This document shows positions 18,379-26,471 of a stretch of 64,000 nucleotides of DNA, piece after piece. The translations under genes and the position numbers were made by a program. The DNA lies in the NCBI GenBank assembly GCA_046155885.1, contig JBJXFU010000013.1:1070-65069 (forward strand), in the 5' to 3' direction. Each line of letters starts with the position of its first letter. Within the stretch, counting starts at the first letter, position 1. The DNA comes from Paracoccaceae bacterium (GTDB lineage Bacteria > Pseudomonadota > Alphaproteobacteria > Rhodobacterales > Rhodobacteraceae). The notes under the pieces were generated by a model. That model worked only from the letters and a program-made list of their open reading frames with translations. It was not told where the DNA came from and did no database searches.

Positions 18379-19149
18379 TCAGGCGGGGGCGGCAAGACCG
18401 GGAAGCGCCGCAGCGGGAAGCCAGCTTGCGCCGGCGCGGCGGGTGGCGACGAAAAGGTCCTCCAGAAAGGCCCAGGCGGCTTCGTCATGCACGAGATGAT
18501 GGGTGAGCAGGCCCGCGACCCCGGCCGCGCCGCCGCGCAGGGCGCCAAGGCGGGCGACGAGTTCGGCCACAAGCCGCGCCGGTTCGCGGCCGCCCCGGGT
18601 GCCGCGCCAGTCGATCAGGTCGGCATGGGTGTTCACGAAGGGCAGCAGCTGGTCCGGAGGTTCCGGCCCGAAGGTGGACAGGGCGCGGAAGCCGAGCGCG
18701 GGAAGCGGCGGCAGGAGGCCCGGGTCGATGCGGTTCCAGGGGGGGACAAGAAGCGGGATGGCCTGGGCGGGGAAGAGGTGCGCGAGGCGGGCACGGCCCC
18801 GCGACAGCTCGCCCAGGATGGTCGCGGCGGGACGTTCGGGGCCGAGTTCGGCGGATTTCCGGCCCGGCGGGGCGTGATTGGCGTGGCGCCAGCCGTGGAC
18901 CGCCACCGAAACGCCCGGCGCGGCGGCGAGGCGGGCGGCGAGGGCTTTGCCCGTCGTGGCGGGGATGACCGCGAGGGTTACCGGAACGGCGGCCGCCGCG
19001 CTGAGCGCGAGCAGCCGGTCGAGCGCGGGGGTGGGCAGGGCCGCGTCGTCGTCGCGCAGCCACAGGGGTGCGGCGCGGCCGGTTTCCGACCAGGCCGCGA
19101 GTTCGGCCGTGAGCGGGGCGAAGGGGTCAGGTTGGGTCAGTCCGCCCAT
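18379..19149 (-). CDS. NodB/DUF2334-like polysaccharide deacetylase family protein
   Basis: 256 aa with LWLRDDDA, VAVHGWRHANH and LVPPWNRI motifs. It overlaps the upstream GT gene by 13 nt. Confidence 0.6.
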   Translation of the reverse strand: MGGLTQPDPFAPLTAELAAWSETGRAAPLWLRDDDAALPTPALDRLLALSAAAAVPVTLAVIPATTGKALAARLAAAPGVSVAVHGWRHANHAPPGRKSAELGPERPAATILGELSRGRARLAHLFPAQAIPLLVPPWNRIDPGLLPPLPALGFRALSTFGPEPPDQLLPFVNTHADLIDWRGTRGGREPARLVAELVARLGALRGGAAGVAGLLTHHLVHDEAAWAFLEDLFVATRRAGASWLPAAALPGLAAPA

Positions 19150-20240
19150 CCCAGTGCCCCGGAGAGGATCTGGCGCAGCCGGGCCGCCGCCGCCCCGATG
19201 CTGTGGCGCGCCAGCACACGCTCATGCGCGGCCCGGCCGAGGCTTTGGCGCAGGGCGGCATCGCGGATCAGCCGGGCGAGCGCCCGGGCGTAAAGTTCCG
19301 GTTCGCGTTCCGGCACCAGAAGCCCGGTTTCGCCGTCCCGCACCACTTCGGGCACGCCGGCGGTGGCCTGGGCGACGACGGGAAGCCCGGCGGCCTGCGC
19401 CTCGAGATAGGCGAGCCCGTAGGCTTCGCCGAAGCCGGGCCAGGCGTAGAGGTCGGCATCCGCCAGCGCCCGGGCGACGGCGGCGGGGTCGGCCAGCCCG
19501 GCCCATCCGACGCGCTCCGCGACCGGGGCGAAGGCGCGCCGGACGGTATCGGCGGCGGGCCCGTCGCCCAGAACCTCCAGCCGCCAGTCGAGGTCGGCGG
19601 GAAGCCGGGCAAGGGCGTCGGCGAGAAGGCTGTAGCTGTCGGCCTTTTCGCCGGCCCGCATCATCGCCACGCTGACCAGCCGGACCGGACCGGTCCGCCC
19701 CGCGCGGTCGGGTGCGGGGAAGCGGCCCGGCTCGACAAAGGGTTCGATCATCGCGGTGCGGGCGCCGGGCAGGGCGAAGTGGATGCCGTCGCGGTCGCGC
19801 CGGGTCAGGCAGAGGTTCACCGCCGCCCGTCCGAGGCCGGCCACGACCTGCCGCTGCGTTTCGGCCCAGATGCTTTCGTTCCGGCGGGCGGAGTAGGAGC
19901 TTTCGGCGGTGACATAGGGCAGGCCGAAGCGGGCGCAGAGCGGCGGGCCGATGAGGTCGGGGGACTTGTAGTAGGGGTGGTAGGCGAACCACAGGTCGGG
20001 CGAGCCCTGGTGCTTCCAGGCGTCGGTCAGCCGGGCGACCTCGGCCTCGGCGCGGGCGGCGATGTCGGCCGCGGCGGCGAAGTCCTGGGGTTCGGGAAGG
20101 CGGGCGCGGAGTTCGGAGGCGAGCGTAACGTCATGGCCGGCAAGGCCGAGCGCCGAGATGAACTGACGCGCCATCAGCCGGTCCCCCGAGGGGACCGGAT
20201 GGCCCGGAGGCTTCAGGGGCGCGTAGAAGGCGATCTTCAT
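19137..20240 (-). CDS. Glycosyltransferase family 4 (group 1)
   Basis: 367 aa with an MKIAFYAPLKPPGHPVPSGDR N-terminus and a C-terminal EAYGLAYLEAQAAGLPVVAQATAGVPEVV E-x7-E motif. Confidence 0.88.
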   Translation of the reverse strand: MKIAFYAPLKPPGHPVPSGDRLMARQFISALGLAGHDVTLASELRARLPEPQDFAAAADIAARAEAEVARLTDAWKHQGSPDLWFAYHPYYKSPDLIGPPLCARFGLPYVTAESSYSARRNESIWAETQRQVVAGLGRAAVNLCLTRRDRDGIHFALPGARTAMIEPFVEPGRFPAPDRAGRTGPVRLVSVAMMRAGEKADSYSLLADALARLPADLDWRLEVLGDGPAADTVRRAFAPVAERVGWAGLADPAAVARALADADLYAWPGFGEAYGLAYLEAQAAGLPVVAQATAGVPEVVRDGETGLLVPEREPELYARALARLIRDAALRQSLGRAAHERVLARHSIGAAAARLRQILSGALGWAD

Positions 20241-20418
20241 TCCGGGCGGTTCCGGCGGTTGTTTGCCGCCCGATCCGCCGTCATTCGCGCGGTTGCGTCA
20301 AGTCCGGGGTTTCCCGGCGGCGGGTTTGTTCCAGCAGGGGGACCAGTTCCCGCCGCTTCCGCCGAATGCCCGGCGGATGCGGTCAATCCGGCCGGCCGCC
20401 GCAGGTCCGCGCCGGCGC

Positions 20419-23400
20419 TCAGCCCTCCCCGGCCAGGAGCGCCGCGTTGCCGCCCGAGGCGGTGGTATCGACGCTCAGGTGCCGTTCGATCCTGAGCCGC
20501 GGTCCCATGTCAGCCTCGGTCAGGAGCGGCAGGATCGGGCCTTGCCGGCGCGCCAGGGCGTGCCGGGCCGAGGCGAGGCTGTCGCGATCCGCCCAGAGGG
20601 CGACGGCGTCGATGCCGCGCAGGGTTTCCAGCGCCGCGTCGGGCAGCGCCCCGTCCACCGTGCCCTCGCCTTTCGCCCCGGGGGCCACGCGGACCGCCGC
20701 GCAGCCGTTGTCGCGCGCGATCCCGGCCTGGCGGTTCGCCGCCTCGGCGGAGGGACCGAGGCAGAGGACAAGGCCGCGCCCGTGTTCGGTCAGGCGGTTC
20801 GATTCGCCGGTGGGTCCGGGCAGTTGGCGGCTGACGAGCGCCGCGCCGGACGGCCGCAGGGCGCGGTCGATCATGCGCTGCACCCCGGCCGGGTCCGCCG
20901 GCGGCGCCGCGCCGGGCGCCGGCCCCTCGATCCGCGCCGCCGCCGCGAAGCGCGCCACGAAGCCCGGTCCGCCGGCCTTGGGCCCGGTGCCGGAGAGCCC
21001 TTCGCCGCCGAAGGGCTGGCTGCCGACAACGGCGCCGATCTGGTTGCGGTTGATGTAGAGGTTGCCGGCCTTCAGCCGGCCGACGACATGGTCGACGCGG
21101 TCGTCGATGCGGCTGTGCATGGCGAAGGTCAGGCCGTAGCCGGTGGCGTTGATCGCGTCGATCACCTTGTCGAGATCGCCCGCCCGGTAGGTGGCGACGT
21201 GCAGGACGGGGCCGAAGACCTCGCGTTCGAGTTGGGCAATGCCCTTCACGCGGATGACCGCGGGCCCGACGAACCAGCCCCGGGCCGGTGCGGCGAGTTC
21301 CGTCAGGACGCGCCCTTCGGCCCTTGCGGCGGCGATGTGGTCCGCGATCCCCTGCCGTGCCGTCTCGCCGATCAGCGGGCCGATGTCGGTTGCCGGGTCC
21401 CAGGGATCACCCAGCGCCAGTTCCTGCATCGCGCCGGAGAGCATCCTGAGCATGCCATCGGCCACGTCCTCTTGCAGGTAGAGCATCCTCAGCGCCGAGC
21501 AGCGCTGGCCGGCCGACTGGAAGGCCGAGGCGACGATGTCGCGCACCGCCTGTTCGGGAAGGGCGGTCGAATCGACGATCATCGCGTTCAGCCCGCCGGT
21601 TTCGGCGATCAGCGGCGCCCAGGGTGCGGCCGAGGCGGCCATCGCGCGGTTGATCCGCTGTGCCGTGGCGGTCGACCCGGTGAAGACGAGGCCGTCGATT
21701 CCTGGGTGCTCCGCCAGCGCCGCGCCGACGGTGCCGCCGCGGCCGGGGACGAGCTGCAGGGCGGCAGGGGGCACGCCCGCTTCGTGCAGGAGGCGCACCG
21801 CCAGCGCCGCCGTCAGGGTTGTCGCCTCGGCCGGTTTGGCAAGGACGGCGTTGCCGGCGGCAAGCGGGGCGGCGACCGATCCGGTGAAGATCGCCAGCGG
21901 GAAGTTCCAGGGCGATATGGCGGCGATCCGGCCCCTTGCCGGGGCGTCGAGATCGAGCGCCCGGGCGGCGTAGTAGCGCAGGAAGTCCACCGCCTCGCGC
22001 AGTTCGGAAACGGCATCGCGGGGGGTCTTGCCGGCTTCGCGGGCGAGAAGCGCGAAGAACTCGCCGGCATTGGCCTCGCAGAGGTCCGAAGCGCGGGTCA
22101 GGGTCGCTGCCCGTTCGGAGGGGGCGGCAGTCCAGGGCCGGGCGGCGGCGACGGCGGCGGCGACGGTTTCGGCCGTCGCCTCGGAGTAGCTTCCCACGAC
22201 ATCGTCAGGATCCGAGGGCGAGCGGACCTCGACTTGCGGGCCTTGCGGGGGTGCCGACCCGGCGACCGCGGGCCCCGCTGTCCAGCGGGCCCGCCGGAAC
22301 GGCGAGCGCGCCGCGTCGAAGGCCGCGAGCCCCGTGGGGTTGGCGATGTCCCAACCGGCCGCGTTCGTCCGCTCGGGCGCGAAAAGCGCCGCGGGCGCCT
22401 TCACCGCGCGGTTCGGGCCGGCCGCAGCGAGCGCCACGAAGGGATCGGCCGCGACCCGGTCGGCGGGCACCGAGGGATCGACGATCTGGTTCACGAAGGA
22501 GCTGTTGGCGCCGTTTTCGAGGAGCCTGCGTACCAGATAGGCCAGAAGGTCGCGGTGCGCCCCGACCGGGGCGTAGATGCGGCAGCGGGTCTTGTTCTGC
22601 GTCAGCACGATGTGATGCAGCCGCTCGCCCATCCCGTGAAGCCGCTGGAACTCGTAGGCCGAGCGGTCGGCCTCGAGGGCGAGGATCGTTGCGACGGTAT
22701 GGGCGTTGTGGGTGGCGAACTGGGGGTAGATGCGGTCGGTCATGCCCAGAAGCCTGCGGGCGTTGCAGATGTAGGCGACGTCGGTGGCGGGTTTGCGGGT
22801 GAAGACCGGGAAATCCGGCAGCCCCTCGACTTGCGCGCGCTTCACCTCGCTGTCCCAGTAGGCGCCCTTGACGAGGCGGACCATGATGCGGCGGCCGAGC
22901 CTGCCGGCAAGCGCGTAGAGCCAGTCGATGACCGGCCCGGCGCGTTTGCCGTAGGCCTGCACGACGACACCGAACCCGTCCCAGCCGGCGAGGGCGGGAT
23001 CCGACAGGACCGCTTCGATGACGTCGAGCGAGAGGTCGAGCCGGTCGGCCTCTTCGGCGTCGATGTTGAAGCCCATGCCGGCGCGGGCGGCCATCCGGGC
23101 GAGTTCGCCGACGCGCGGGACCAGTTCGGCCATGACGCGGGCGCGCTTGGCGGTTTCATAGCGGGGGTGGAGCGCGGAGAGCTTTACCGAGATGCCGGGA
23201 TTGGCGCGGATGTCCGATCCCCGGGCTTCGGCGGCGATGCGGTCGATCGCGTTGGCGTAGGCCTGGTGGTAGGTCTGGGCGTCCCCGGCGGTCATCGCGG
23301 CCTCGCCCAGCATGTCGTAGGAAAAGGTGTAGCCCTCGGCCGCGCGGTCGGCGCCGCGGCGCACCGCCTCGCCGATGGTCTGGCCGAGGACAAACTGCCG

Positions 23401-23892
23401 GCCCATTTCCTTCATGGCGCGGGCCACCGCGGCGCGGATCACCGGCTCGCCCAGGCGGCGCACGAGACCGTGCAGGACCGAGGCCATGCCTTCGCCGTCC
23501 TGCAGGACCTTGCCGGTCAGCATCAGCGCCCAGGTCGAGGCGTTGACGAGGGGTGAGGACGAACGGCCGAGGTGTTCGCCCCAGGACGACGGCGCGATCT
23601 TGTCCTCGATGAGCGCATCCATGGTTTCGGTGTCAGGCACGCGCAAGAGCGCCTCGGCGAGGCACATGAGCGCCACGCCTTCGCGCGACGACAGGCCGTA
23701 TTCGCCGAGGAAGACCTCCATCATCCCGGGCCGCGCGTCGGAACGGATGGCGTGCACGAGGCCGGCGGCGCGGGCCACGGCCGAAAGACGAGTGGCTTCG
23801 TCGGGGGCATGGCGGGAAAGCCCGGCGATGACCGCCTCTTCCGGCGCCCGGTGCGCCGCGGCGATCGCGTCCCGCAGGGTTTTGTCGGTCAT
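20419..23892 (-). CDS. putA: Bifunctional proline dehydrogenase / L-glutamate gamma-semialdehyde dehydrogenase PutA (no N-terminal RHH DNA-binding domain)
   Basis: 1157 aa from ATG 23892 (MTDKTLRDAI). PRODH and ALDH domains are recognisable (ISPWNFPLAI, ETGGLNAMIVD, GQRCSA). The track ORF extension to 24315 is not coding-like. Confidence 0.95.
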   Translation of the reverse strand: MTDKTLRDAIAAAHRAPEEAVIAGLSRHAPDEATRLSAVARAAGLVHAIRSDARPGMMEVFLGEYGLSSREGVALMCLAEALLRVPDTETMDALIEDKIAPSSWGEHLGRSSSPLVNASTWALMLTGKVLQDGEGMASVLHGLVRRLGEPVIRAAVARAMKEMGRQFVLGQTIGEAVRRGADRAAEGYTFSYDMLGEAAMTAGDAQTYHQAYANAIDRIAAEARGSDIRANPGISVKLSALHPRYETAKRARVMAELVPRVGELARMAARAGMGFNIDAEEADRLDLSLDVIEAVLSDPALAGWDGFGVVVQAYGKRAGPVIDWLYALAGRLGRRIMVRLVKGAYWDSEVKRAQVEGLPDFPVFTRKPATDVAYICNARRLLGMTDRIYPQFATHNAHTVATILALEADRSAYEFQRLHGMGERLHHIVLTQNKTRCRIYAPVGAHRDLLAYLVRRLLENGANSSFVNQIVDPSVPADRVAADPFVALAAAGPNRAVKAPAALFAPERTNAAGWDIANPTGLAAFDAARSPFRRARWTAGPAVAGSAPPQGPQVEVRSPSDPDDVVGSYSEATAETVAAAVAAARPWTAAPSERAATLTRASDLCEANAGEFFALLAREAGKTPRDAVSELREAVDFLRYYAARALDLDAPARGRIAAISPWNFPLAIFTGSVAAPLAAGNAVLAKPAEATTLTAALAVRLLHEAGVPPAALQLVPGRGGTVGAALAEHPGIDGLVFTGSTATAQRINRAMAASAAPWAPLIAETGGLNAMIVDSTALPEQAVRDIVASAFQSAGQRCSALRMLYLQEDVADGMLRMLSGAMQELALGDPWDPATDIGPLIGETARQGIADHIAAARAEGRVLTELAAPARGWFVGPAVIRVKGIAQLEREVFGPVLHVATYRAGDLDKVIDAINATGYGLTFAMHSRIDDRVDHVVGRLKAGNLYINRNQIGAVVGSQPFGGEGLSGTGPKAGGPGFVARFAAAARIEGPAPGAAPPADPAGVQRMIDRALRPSGAALVSRQLPGPTGESNRLTEHGRGLVLCLGPSAEAANRQAGIARDNGCAAVRVAPGAKGEGTVDGALPDAALETLRGIDAVALWADRDSLASARHALARRQGPILPLLTEADMGPRLRIERHLSVDTTASGGNAALLAGEG

Positions 23893-23903
23893 GGTTTCCT
23901 CCG

Positions 23904-23937
23904 CTTCCGGCGCCAGTCTATACAGTCTAGCCGGAAG
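23904..23937. promoter_or_regulatory. Perfect 8-bp inverted repeat CTTCCGGC-N18-GCCGGAAG enclosing AGTCTA-TAC-AGTCTA in the putA/putR divergent region (candidate PutR operator)
   Basis: Read directly from the sequence. It is the only AT-richer patch in the 105-bp divergent intergenic region. Confidence 0.35.
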
Positions 23938-23997
23938 TCGGTGTTCCCGAAGACAGGATTCCTGCGGGCGTTCCGCCCGGAGAACGCGACTTGGAAA

Positions 23998-24478
23998 ATG
24001 ACGACGAGTGCCATGACGGCCGGTCCGCTTGACGAAATCGACCTCGCCATGCTGCGCGAACTGAGCGCGGAGGGGCGGATCACGGAGACGGACCTGGCCG
24101 GGCGGGTGGGGCTTTCGAAGAGCCCGGCGCAGGTGCGGCTGTAGCGGCTGGTGGCCGGGCGCTGTATCCTGGAGTTCCGCGCAGTGCCCGACCCGGCGAG
24201 CTGAGCCTTGACCATGCGGCTTCGTCGAGGTGCGGCTGCGCGACACCACCGAGCGGGCGATCAGGGCGTTCAACGCGGCCGCCCGCGCGGTTCCCGAGAT
24301 CGAGGAATGCCACATGATCGCGGGGGCGTTCGACTATCTGCTGAAAGTCCGGACGCGGGAGGTGCGGCGCTAACGCGAGGTGCCGGGCGGGACGATCTGC
24401 GCGCTGCCGCATGTCGCGACCACCTCGACACATGTGGCGATGGAGGCGGTGAGGGACATCGCGGTGCCGGAGTTCTGA
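23998..24478 (+). pseudogene. putR: Lrp/AsnC-family proline-responsive regulator PutR, inactivated (2 nonsense codons + 2 single-nt deletions)
   Basis: Frame 0 reads MTTSAMTAGPLDEIDLAMLRELSAEGRITETDLAGRVGLSKSPAQVRL*(TAG 24142)RLVAGRCILEFRAVPDPA. A -1 shift near 24197-24201 gives (K)LSLDHAA. A second -1 shift near 24217-24223 gives FVEVRLRDTTERAIRAFNAAARAVPEIEECHMIAGAFDYLLKVRTREVRR*(TAA 24371)REVPGGTICALPHVATTSTHVAMEAVRDIAVPEF*. Confidence 0.85.
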
Positions 24479-25031
24479 GGAGCGGGGGGGACGCCCGGGA
24501 TGACGGCGGAGGGGGCGCGCGGGGTGCTGCGGGCCTGTTCCTGTGCCCGGCATTGCGGCAGTTCCGGCGCGTTTGGCTGACGCACGGCCGCGCGCCATTC
24601 GTCTGACCTGCCGGGGGGGACCCGCGCGGCGAATCAGGGGGCGCGGCCCGCGAAGGGCATGTCCGGTCGCGGCTGTCGCCGTTGCCCCCGCTGCCGGCAT
24701 GACGCGGCATGAGCCGGGGCGGGTTGCTTCGGGCGGGGAGAGCTGCGCGGGGTGCGGGGTGCGGGGGGGGGGCCCGATCTGCGGTCAGGGGTCGCCGGAA
24801 AGGCGCGGCCCGCATGCGGTTGCCTTCGGGAAGGCACGGACCTTCGAGGGAGTCCCCACTCGTGGCCCCGGTCTTTGCAGATGTCGCCGTCGCGGGTGCG
24901 GGAATCGGAGTGCGGGGCTGGAAACACCTCCGGTCGCCGTACACGGCCGTCGGTGCGCACCGGGCGGGGCGCGGGTCACGGCGATGCCGTGCGAGGACAG
25001 GGGGGCCGGTGCGCCTTGGAAGCCGTGCGCC

Positions 25032-25310
25032 CTATTCGGCGGCGATGCCGAGGCCGATCCGTTCGCGCAAGGTGCGCGCCTTCATGCGGACCGAGACGAC
25101 ATAGGCGCTGCCGCCGACGCGCGCCATCAGTTCGGCGAGCGTCGGCGGGCGTTCGAACCATTCCTCCCACGTGCCTTCGCCGTCGCGCGTCACCAGGACG
25201 CGGCAGCGGCGGAGCGAGGCGAGCGCCCGCGTCCGGCGGCGCCGTGCCGTCATCACAAGCCGCTGCCCGACTTCCGTCGAAATCCGGTCGACCAGTTCAT
25301 CTGCAATCAT
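25032..25310 (-). CDS. Hypothetical 92 aa protein, paralog A (family not recognised)
   Basis: MIADELVDRISTEVGQRLVMTARRRRTRALASLRRCRVLVTRDGEGTWEEWFERPPTLAELMARVGGSAYVVSVRMKARTLRERIGLGIAAE. It aligns end to end with 25876..26157, which supports both as real genes. Confidence 0.65.
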   Translation of the reverse strand: MIADELVDRISTEVGQRLVMTARRRRTRALASLRRCRVLVTRDGEGTWEEWFERPPTLAELMARVGGSAYVVSVRMKARTLRERIGLGIAAE

Positions 25311-25419
25311 CCGCGCCCCCCCGGGCCTTGCGATGCGGAACGGCTTAACGGGAAGTGTCCAGCTTTGTCCCGAGTGGCCAATTCCGCATCGACTGGCCGA
25401 TTGTTCGCCGATCCCGGTT

Positions 25420-25435
25420 AACGAAAGGTTTCGTT
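25420..25435. promoter_or_regulatory. Perfect palindrome AACGAAA-GG-TTTCGTT in divergent intergenic region
   Basis: Read directly. It lies in a locally low-GC stretch between paralog A (-) and the secreted-protein gene (+). Confidence 0.3.
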
Positions 25436-25508
25436 CACCACGAAGGCGGTTCCGGGATGTGCCTAAACTTTTCTTCTCCCCCGGGCCGGCACCGGGCGCG
25501 GGAGGTTA

Positions 25509-25543
25509 TCCACAAGACGTCATGAATGTGTTATGAATCTGTT
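25509..25543 (+). promoter_or_regulatory. Candidate promoter TCCACA-N17-TATGAA overlapping a tandem 11-mer ATGAATGTGTT/ATGAATCTGTT
   Basis: The tandem repeat is at 25522-25543 and is flanked by ACGTC direct repeats. It lies 27-48 nt upstream of ATG 25570. SD GGAGGG is at 25552-25557. Confidence 0.3.
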
Positions 25544-25569
25544 ACGTCCTCCGGAGGGCCAAGTTTCCG

Positions 25570-25869
25570 ATGATCGGGCCGCGAATCCCCTGTGCGCTGC
25601 TGCTTCTGGGCGCCTCAGGCGCCTCTTCGGCGCCAGCCGACCCGCTGACCGGGATATGGTGCGCGGAACGGGCCGTGGTGACGCGTGCCATCGAGGTCCG
25701 GCAGGGAGCGGTGCTGCGCGGCGAGGGTGTCCGCGATCCCGAAAGCGTCCTGGAACTCTGGTCCGATGCGGCCGGGGGATGGACGCTGGTGGTGAGTTAT
25801 GCCGACGGGCGGTCCTGTGTGGTGGCGCTCGGCGAGGCCTGGTCGGATCTCGCTGCGGCGCCGTCCTGA
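25570..25869 (+). CDS. Small secreted protein (99 aa, Sec signal peptide, 2 Cys in mature part), family not recognised
   Basis: MIGPRIPCALLLLGASGASSAPADP... signal-like N-terminus. The mature part reads ...IWCAERAVVTRAIEVRQGAVL...WTLVVSYADGRSCVVALGEAW. SD is upstream. Confidence 0.6.
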   Translation: MIGPRIPCALLLLGASGASSAPADPLTGIWCAERAVVTRAIEVRQGAVLRGEGVRDPESVLELWSDAAGGWTLVVSYADGRSCVVALGEAWSDLAAAPS

Positions 25870-25875
25870 CCGACG

Positions 25876-26157
25876 CTACTCGGCCGCGATCCGCATCATC
25901 ACGCGCTCGCGCAGGGTCCGCCGCCGCATCGCGACAGAGACCACGAAGGCGTTCGGCCCGGCACGTTCGAGGAGCTTCGCCAGTGTCGGCGGCCGGTCGA
26001 AATGTTCTTCCCAGGTGTCGCTGCCGTCGCGCGTTAGGGTCACCACGACGCGCGAGATTGCCGCCAGCGCGCGTCTGCGGCCGGCGCGGGCGCGTTCGCT
26101 CAGCATGCGGCCGGTTTCGGACGACAGCCTGTCGATGAGTTCTTCGGAAACGCCCAT
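25876..26157 (-). CDS. Hypothetical 93 aa protein, paralog B of 25032..25310
   Basis: MGVSEELIDRLSSETGRMLSERARAGRRRALAAISRVVVTLTRDGSDTWEEHFDRPPTLAKLLERAGPNAFVVSVAMRRRTLRERVMMRIAAE. ATG 26157 is preceded by GGGGGA. The track ORF extends to 26244. Confidence 0.65.
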   Translation of the reverse strand: MGVSEELIDRLSSETGRMLSERARAGRRRALAAISRVVVTLTRDGSDTWEEHFDRPPTLAKLLERAGPNAFVVSVAMRRRTLRERVMMRIAAE

Positions 26158-26471
26158 CTGGTCCCCCAACCAAGGATGTTCATGCCCGCACGGGACGAAC
26201 CGCCCGGCACACCCCACATCGACCGGAAAGCGGGGCGCCGTCAACGCCGGCGGGGCGGGCTATGCGGGCCTTCGCCGGTCGGGCCTACCGGACGCCGGAA
26301 ATCCGCCGACGGGCCCTTGACGGGGTATGCCCTGCGCGGCGATTCGCCGACCGCGTGGCGCACCAGCCGGCGTGCCGCCGCCTGCGTGCGGGGTCGCGGC
26401 AGGGATGCGTTAACCCCGATCCGGTAGGCAGGGTTCCCGAACGCCCCGCGATCCGGGGCCGGGGGCCCTGC

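Noticed and set aside
24208-24606. ORF 24208..24606 (+) and the 24080..24944 minus-strand ORFs as independent genes.
   Set aside because: They are alternative frames of the decayed putR. The Lrp-like sequence is recovered only by frame-stitching, and these ORFs themselves are low-complexity.
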